A program made the position numbers and the translations under genes. From NCBI GenBank assembly GCA_965112155.1, contig OZ218102.1: a DNA stretch of 64,000 nucleotides; one strand, given 5' to 3'. This document shows positions 60,716 through 64,000 of the stretch, piece by piece; the first letter of the stretch is position 1; every line of letters begins with the position of its first letter. Below the pieces are notes generated by a model. The model was not told the DNA's origin. It saw nothing but the letters and a program-made list of their open reading frames with translations, and searched no databases. This DNA comes from Podarcis liolepis. Taxonomy: Eukaryota.

Positions 60716-60721
60716 ACTCAC
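60716..60721 (-). other. SORCS3: 5' splice donor (GTGAGT) of SORCS3 intron 1
   Basis: Minus strand reads AAC AGC AGT|GTGAGTCAAAG directly after NSS, where the recalled SORCS1/3 protein continues VILILTKLY but the genomic frame diverges. Confidence 0.92.
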
Positions 60722-61630
60722 ACTGCTGTTGTAGCCGGACCAGTGCACCATGGCTTGGTTGTGGGCCGAGTCTCCGGCGAGGGCAAAGGTCGTGCTGCTC
60801 AGCCTCCACTCTTCTCCGGCGCCTGCCGCTCCCCTCTGCTTGCCGCTGCGCCCTTCCTCGCGGGAACCTTTGCCTGGCGCTCGCGGCGCTTTCTGGCCGT
60901 CGGTCAAGGAGACGCCCCAGGCGCCCGCTTCTGCCCCGAGGCTGTCCGGGGCCAAAGGCTGCCGCTCCTCGGCGCTTCTGCTGGCCCTGCGCTCACGAGG
61001 GTTGCCGCCCGGCATTTTGCCAAGAGAGACTCCTGCCTCCTCCTCCTCCTCCTCCCTGGCGGCTCCGGGCGCCCGCTCCATCTCCTCCCGGCCAAGCGCC
61101 GGCGAGTCTCCGCTGCCCCTCGCCCTGGCCGAGAAGAGTTGGCCGGGCGTGGGGCTCCGGCGCGCCCTCCCGGTTCCCTTCAGGGCGCCGGCGGCCGCTC
61201 CCCGGCGCGCTCCGCCGGCGCTCAGCCCACCCACCCCCCGAGCCGCCGGCTGACCCCTTCCCGGACCCCGATCCTTCCGGAGCGCTTCTTCCCTTCCTCC
61301 TCCTCCTCCGCCGCCTTCTCTTTCTTCTCCCTCGCCCCCAGCACCCCATCCTCCTCCGGGTTTCCCCGGCAGGGCTTCCCCTTCGCCGCCGTCCCCGCTT
61401 GGCCCAAGCGGCACTCCCCGAGGAACCTCCAGAGGCGGCGGCGGCTGCTGCTGCTGCAGAAGCTGGACCCGGAAAGATGCCGGAGATGTGGAGAACGAAG
61501 CGGCGGCGGCAAAGCAAGAGCGGCAAGTTATCTCAGCGCCGGTGAAACGCCAAGTGCCCAGCCAGAGCCATGTCGAGGCGATCCAAGCGATGGAGCAGCA
61601 GCCCGAGGACCAGCCAGATCCTCTCTCCAT
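60722..61630 (-). CDS. SORCS3: SORCS3 (sortilin-related VPS10 domain containing receptor 3), first coding exon: signal peptide, propeptide and start of the VPS10P domain
   Basis: Translation MERGSGW...STWLWLGTWRFTGAEITC...AWGVSLTDGQKAPRAPGKGSREEG...WRLSSTTFALAGDSAHNQAMVHWSGYNSS. The C-terminal motif is shared by SORCS1/SORCS3. The segments STW..GAEIT and AW....DG......KGSREE match SORCS3 rather than SORCS1 (recalled human sequence). ATG is in strong Kozak context (GGCATGG); 909 nt = 303 codons, followed by a phase-0 GTGAGT donor. Confidence 0.93.
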
Positions 61631-62456
61631 GCCTCGCCGAGAGAGTTGCTTGTTTGGGGTGGGGGGTGGGGGAGGCAGATCCTTTAGAAAAGGAGGGAGG
61701 GGAGAAGCTGGTTGATTCGGAGGGTTCCTTGGCAGCCAAAGGTCTCTTCTTCCACCTTTTCCTCTCTGATGACGAGCAGTTGTTTTCTTTTTCAAACAAA
61801 TCCCCACCGCCACATACAAAAACCCGAAACAAAACCACAGACACACTCCTGTATAGTTGGGACTCTTGTTCTTTCACTTGGTGGATTTTCTTTCTCTTTT
61901 CTTCCTCTTTCTTTTCTTTCTTTTTGTCCCCCCCTTCCTCCCCAAAAAAGTGCTTTTCAGTGAAACTGTTCACGTTCGAGGATTTGATCAAGTAAGAGGA
62001 TAGGACCACCAAGGGGAGGAGCTGCTGCGCCCCAGCGAAACGCAGCGGCTGAACTAGACCGAGCCGTTCACCAACCACGCTGCACTTCCAGCGGAATCCG
62101 GCGGTGTGTGTGCGCGCCCGCGCGCCGGTGCCTCTGTGTTAGCAGAAGAGCGAGTGCGAGAAACTCACACGGGCGTGCGTGGGCAAGGAAAACAACAACA
62201 GCCAAGGAGGAAAGCCGATAGGAGGACCACAGCCGGGGGGTTTTCTCCTCGCGTGGCGCCGCGGAATGGGAAGCACCGCCGCTTTGGCCCTGGGGAGGCG
62301 AGTGGCGGGGGCGGATGGGGAAGGGCGCGGGCTAGAAAAGCGATGCAGTCAGAGCCAAAGATCTCCCGGGTTTCCCCAACACCCAGAAATGGACAGCTTT
62401 TCTTTCTCCTGCTTTGATAGTCTCGTAACGGAGGCCGCTGAAGTAACAGGCTAGGC

Positions 62457-62505
62457 TGTGTGTGTGAGAGAGAGTGTGTGTGAGAGAGAGAGAGTGAGAG
62501 AGAGA

Positions 62506-62542
<37 letters not shown>
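62457..62542. repeat. Compound (TG)/(GA)n microsatellite immediately upstream of the SORCS3 CpG island
   Basis: Direct reading. Confidence 0.95.
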
Positions 62543-62545
<3 letters not shown>

Positions 62546-64000
62546 AAACCTGATCTGTTCCTGTTGGTTCGTAAGGAAGTCCCGCTGCTTCCAATAGTAT
62601 ATCTACCCAGTATGCATAGGATCGCGGTTCTGGATTTCTTGTAGTTTGAGCGCGGAAAGGATCCTGAGTATTGCTACTGAGCATCCACAGCGATCCGTGG
62701 CTGATTGGCAGCCCAACCCTTTGCGTGTTTCCTCGGAAGCAAGTCGCGCCGAGGCTTTACTCCCAAGTAAGTGCATAGGACCGAAGCCTTATGTGGAAGT
62801 AAATTTCACGCCTTTGGAACTTCCACGGAAGACTCCATGCATGCACTGATGCTGTCGACTCTGTGAGTCTCTGAAGCGCAACACACAAACACAAAAATAC
62901 ATTTATGTTACTATTTCCACACTCAACAAAAGGCTAGGAATCCAGATCCGCGATTCTGTACAGACTTACTTGGGTGTAAATCCAACTTGAAATAAAACCA
63001 ACGGGACTTTATTCCGTGTAAAAGTGGTCAAAAGCCCAGCTGTCAAGCGCAACAAATTTCCTTCTCTAGGATGATTCACATGTCTTCGCTGTGGAACAGC
63101 AAGTTACAAATGAGAAGGCGCGGGGGGGGGTCACTAACGTTCTTTTTGTAGGCGGAGAAATGCTAATAGAAAGGATAAACTGTGGTCGTGAATTTAAAAC
63201 AATAATACACAACAGCAGAAATTATGCCCCCCACACCGCCGCAAAATATCCAAGTCGAGGACAGAACTCATTACAGGTGGATTTCCCCAAGAGATTTCCC
63301 TAAACCGAGAAAGTATAAATGGTGGCTGCAGGAACGTGTGTGTTTAAAAATAAAATACATCGTCCTTGTCCCCGGTGCTACGAATGCCTCGCTACAGAAA
63401 AATGATCCCCGCTCACCAAAATTGGGGTTGTTTTTTGAACAATACTTTTTGCAGTTTATTCAGACGAGTGGACAGCTCCTGCAATCTCCCTCCCTCGCCT
63501 CAGAGTGCAGTTAGTGCATTTAAAGAGTTAAGGCGTGAGCCTGCAAAGGCGGTTAGAAAAAAACGGGGGGAGGAAACCACCTCAAATCTTCTTCTCTTTC
63601 CTTGGGTTTCGTTTCGAAACCGTCACGTTCAGTCTCTGGGAAGCCATAGCCGTCTATTCAGCCGCTGTAAACAGGCTGATTAGTGACCCTTTCCCCTGCG
63701 GGTAATTCTGGGATTCTCCACTCCCAGGCGCAGTCGTCCATTCTCCTTCAGCTGCCTTTATTGACTGATCTACCTATCTTTTTAACATGCTCCATTCCAG
63801 GGACTTTGCCTAGGAGATGGCCTTAAACACAATGCAGATGTTTGCAAAGGGAAGCAGATGAAACTTGGTTCTATATAGGAACGTGGGAAGCTGCCTTGAT
63901 CGTCGGTTCATGCAGCTCAGTATCAACTACACCAGGAGCGACCAACCTGGCAGTTCTTCAGATGCTGCTGGACTCCACCTCACAGAGGCCCCTGTCACCA

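Larger units (their letters stand above)
1..60721 (-). other. SORCS3: SORCS3 intron 1 (continues beyond the left edge of the window)
   Basis: Lies downstream of the donor. No sequence encoding the expected exon-2 peptide (VILILTKLYDFNLGSVTESSLWR) was recognised. Repeat-rich, CpG-depleted sequence; SORCS genes are known for very large first introns. Confidence 0.75.
60050..62450. promoter_or_regulatory. CpG island / promoter and 5' UTR of SORCS3
   Basis: Abrupt rise in GC content and CpG density covering exon 1 and upstream sequence; GC box GGGGCGG at ~62307-62313. The TSS cannot be placed from sequence alone (probably ~62000-62250 on the minus strand). Confidence 0.88.

Noticed and set aside
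60514-61687. Long plus-strand ORFs (343 aa, 377 aa) and alternative-frame ORFs over the CpG island
   Set aside because: Pro/Arg/Ala-rich products expected from stop-codon scarcity in GC-rich DNA antisense to a real exon; no recognisable domain.
60563-61846. 427-aa ORF as a single-exon gene
   Set aside because: The GTG start is upstream of the Kozak ATG and signal peptide, and the last part reads through the splice donor into the intron; the supported CDS is 60722-61630.

Overview
Vertebrate (squamate, most likely lacertid lizard, inferred from the repeat families) genomic DNA. The only supportable gene is SORCS3 (VPS10P-domain receptor) on the minus strand. Its first coding exon (61630->60722, 303 codons) lies in a CpG island (~60050-62450) and runs from a signal peptide through a long low-complexity propeptide to the family motif STTFALAGDSAHNQAMVHWSG(Y)NSS, ending at a GTGAGT donor. 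Everything from 1 to 60721 appears to be intron 1; I could not find exon 2. The intron is a mosaic of transposon relics: hAT, Tc1/mariner and Harbinger MITEs with target-site duplications (TSDs), a solo LTR, L1, L2, RTE, BovB and Penelope fragments, and tRNA- and 5S-derived SINEs. It also holds microsatellites and several candidate regulatory sites (RE1/NRSE, CTCF, CNE-like AT-rich blocks). I found no convincing new multi-gene system. The most unusual items are the expanded SORCS3 propeptide with two furin sites, a 660-bp MITE built from a chain of palindromes, candidate REST sites, and modular SINE/MITE architectures. Comparisons to human SORCS3 and to repeat consensus sequences are from memory, not from a search.
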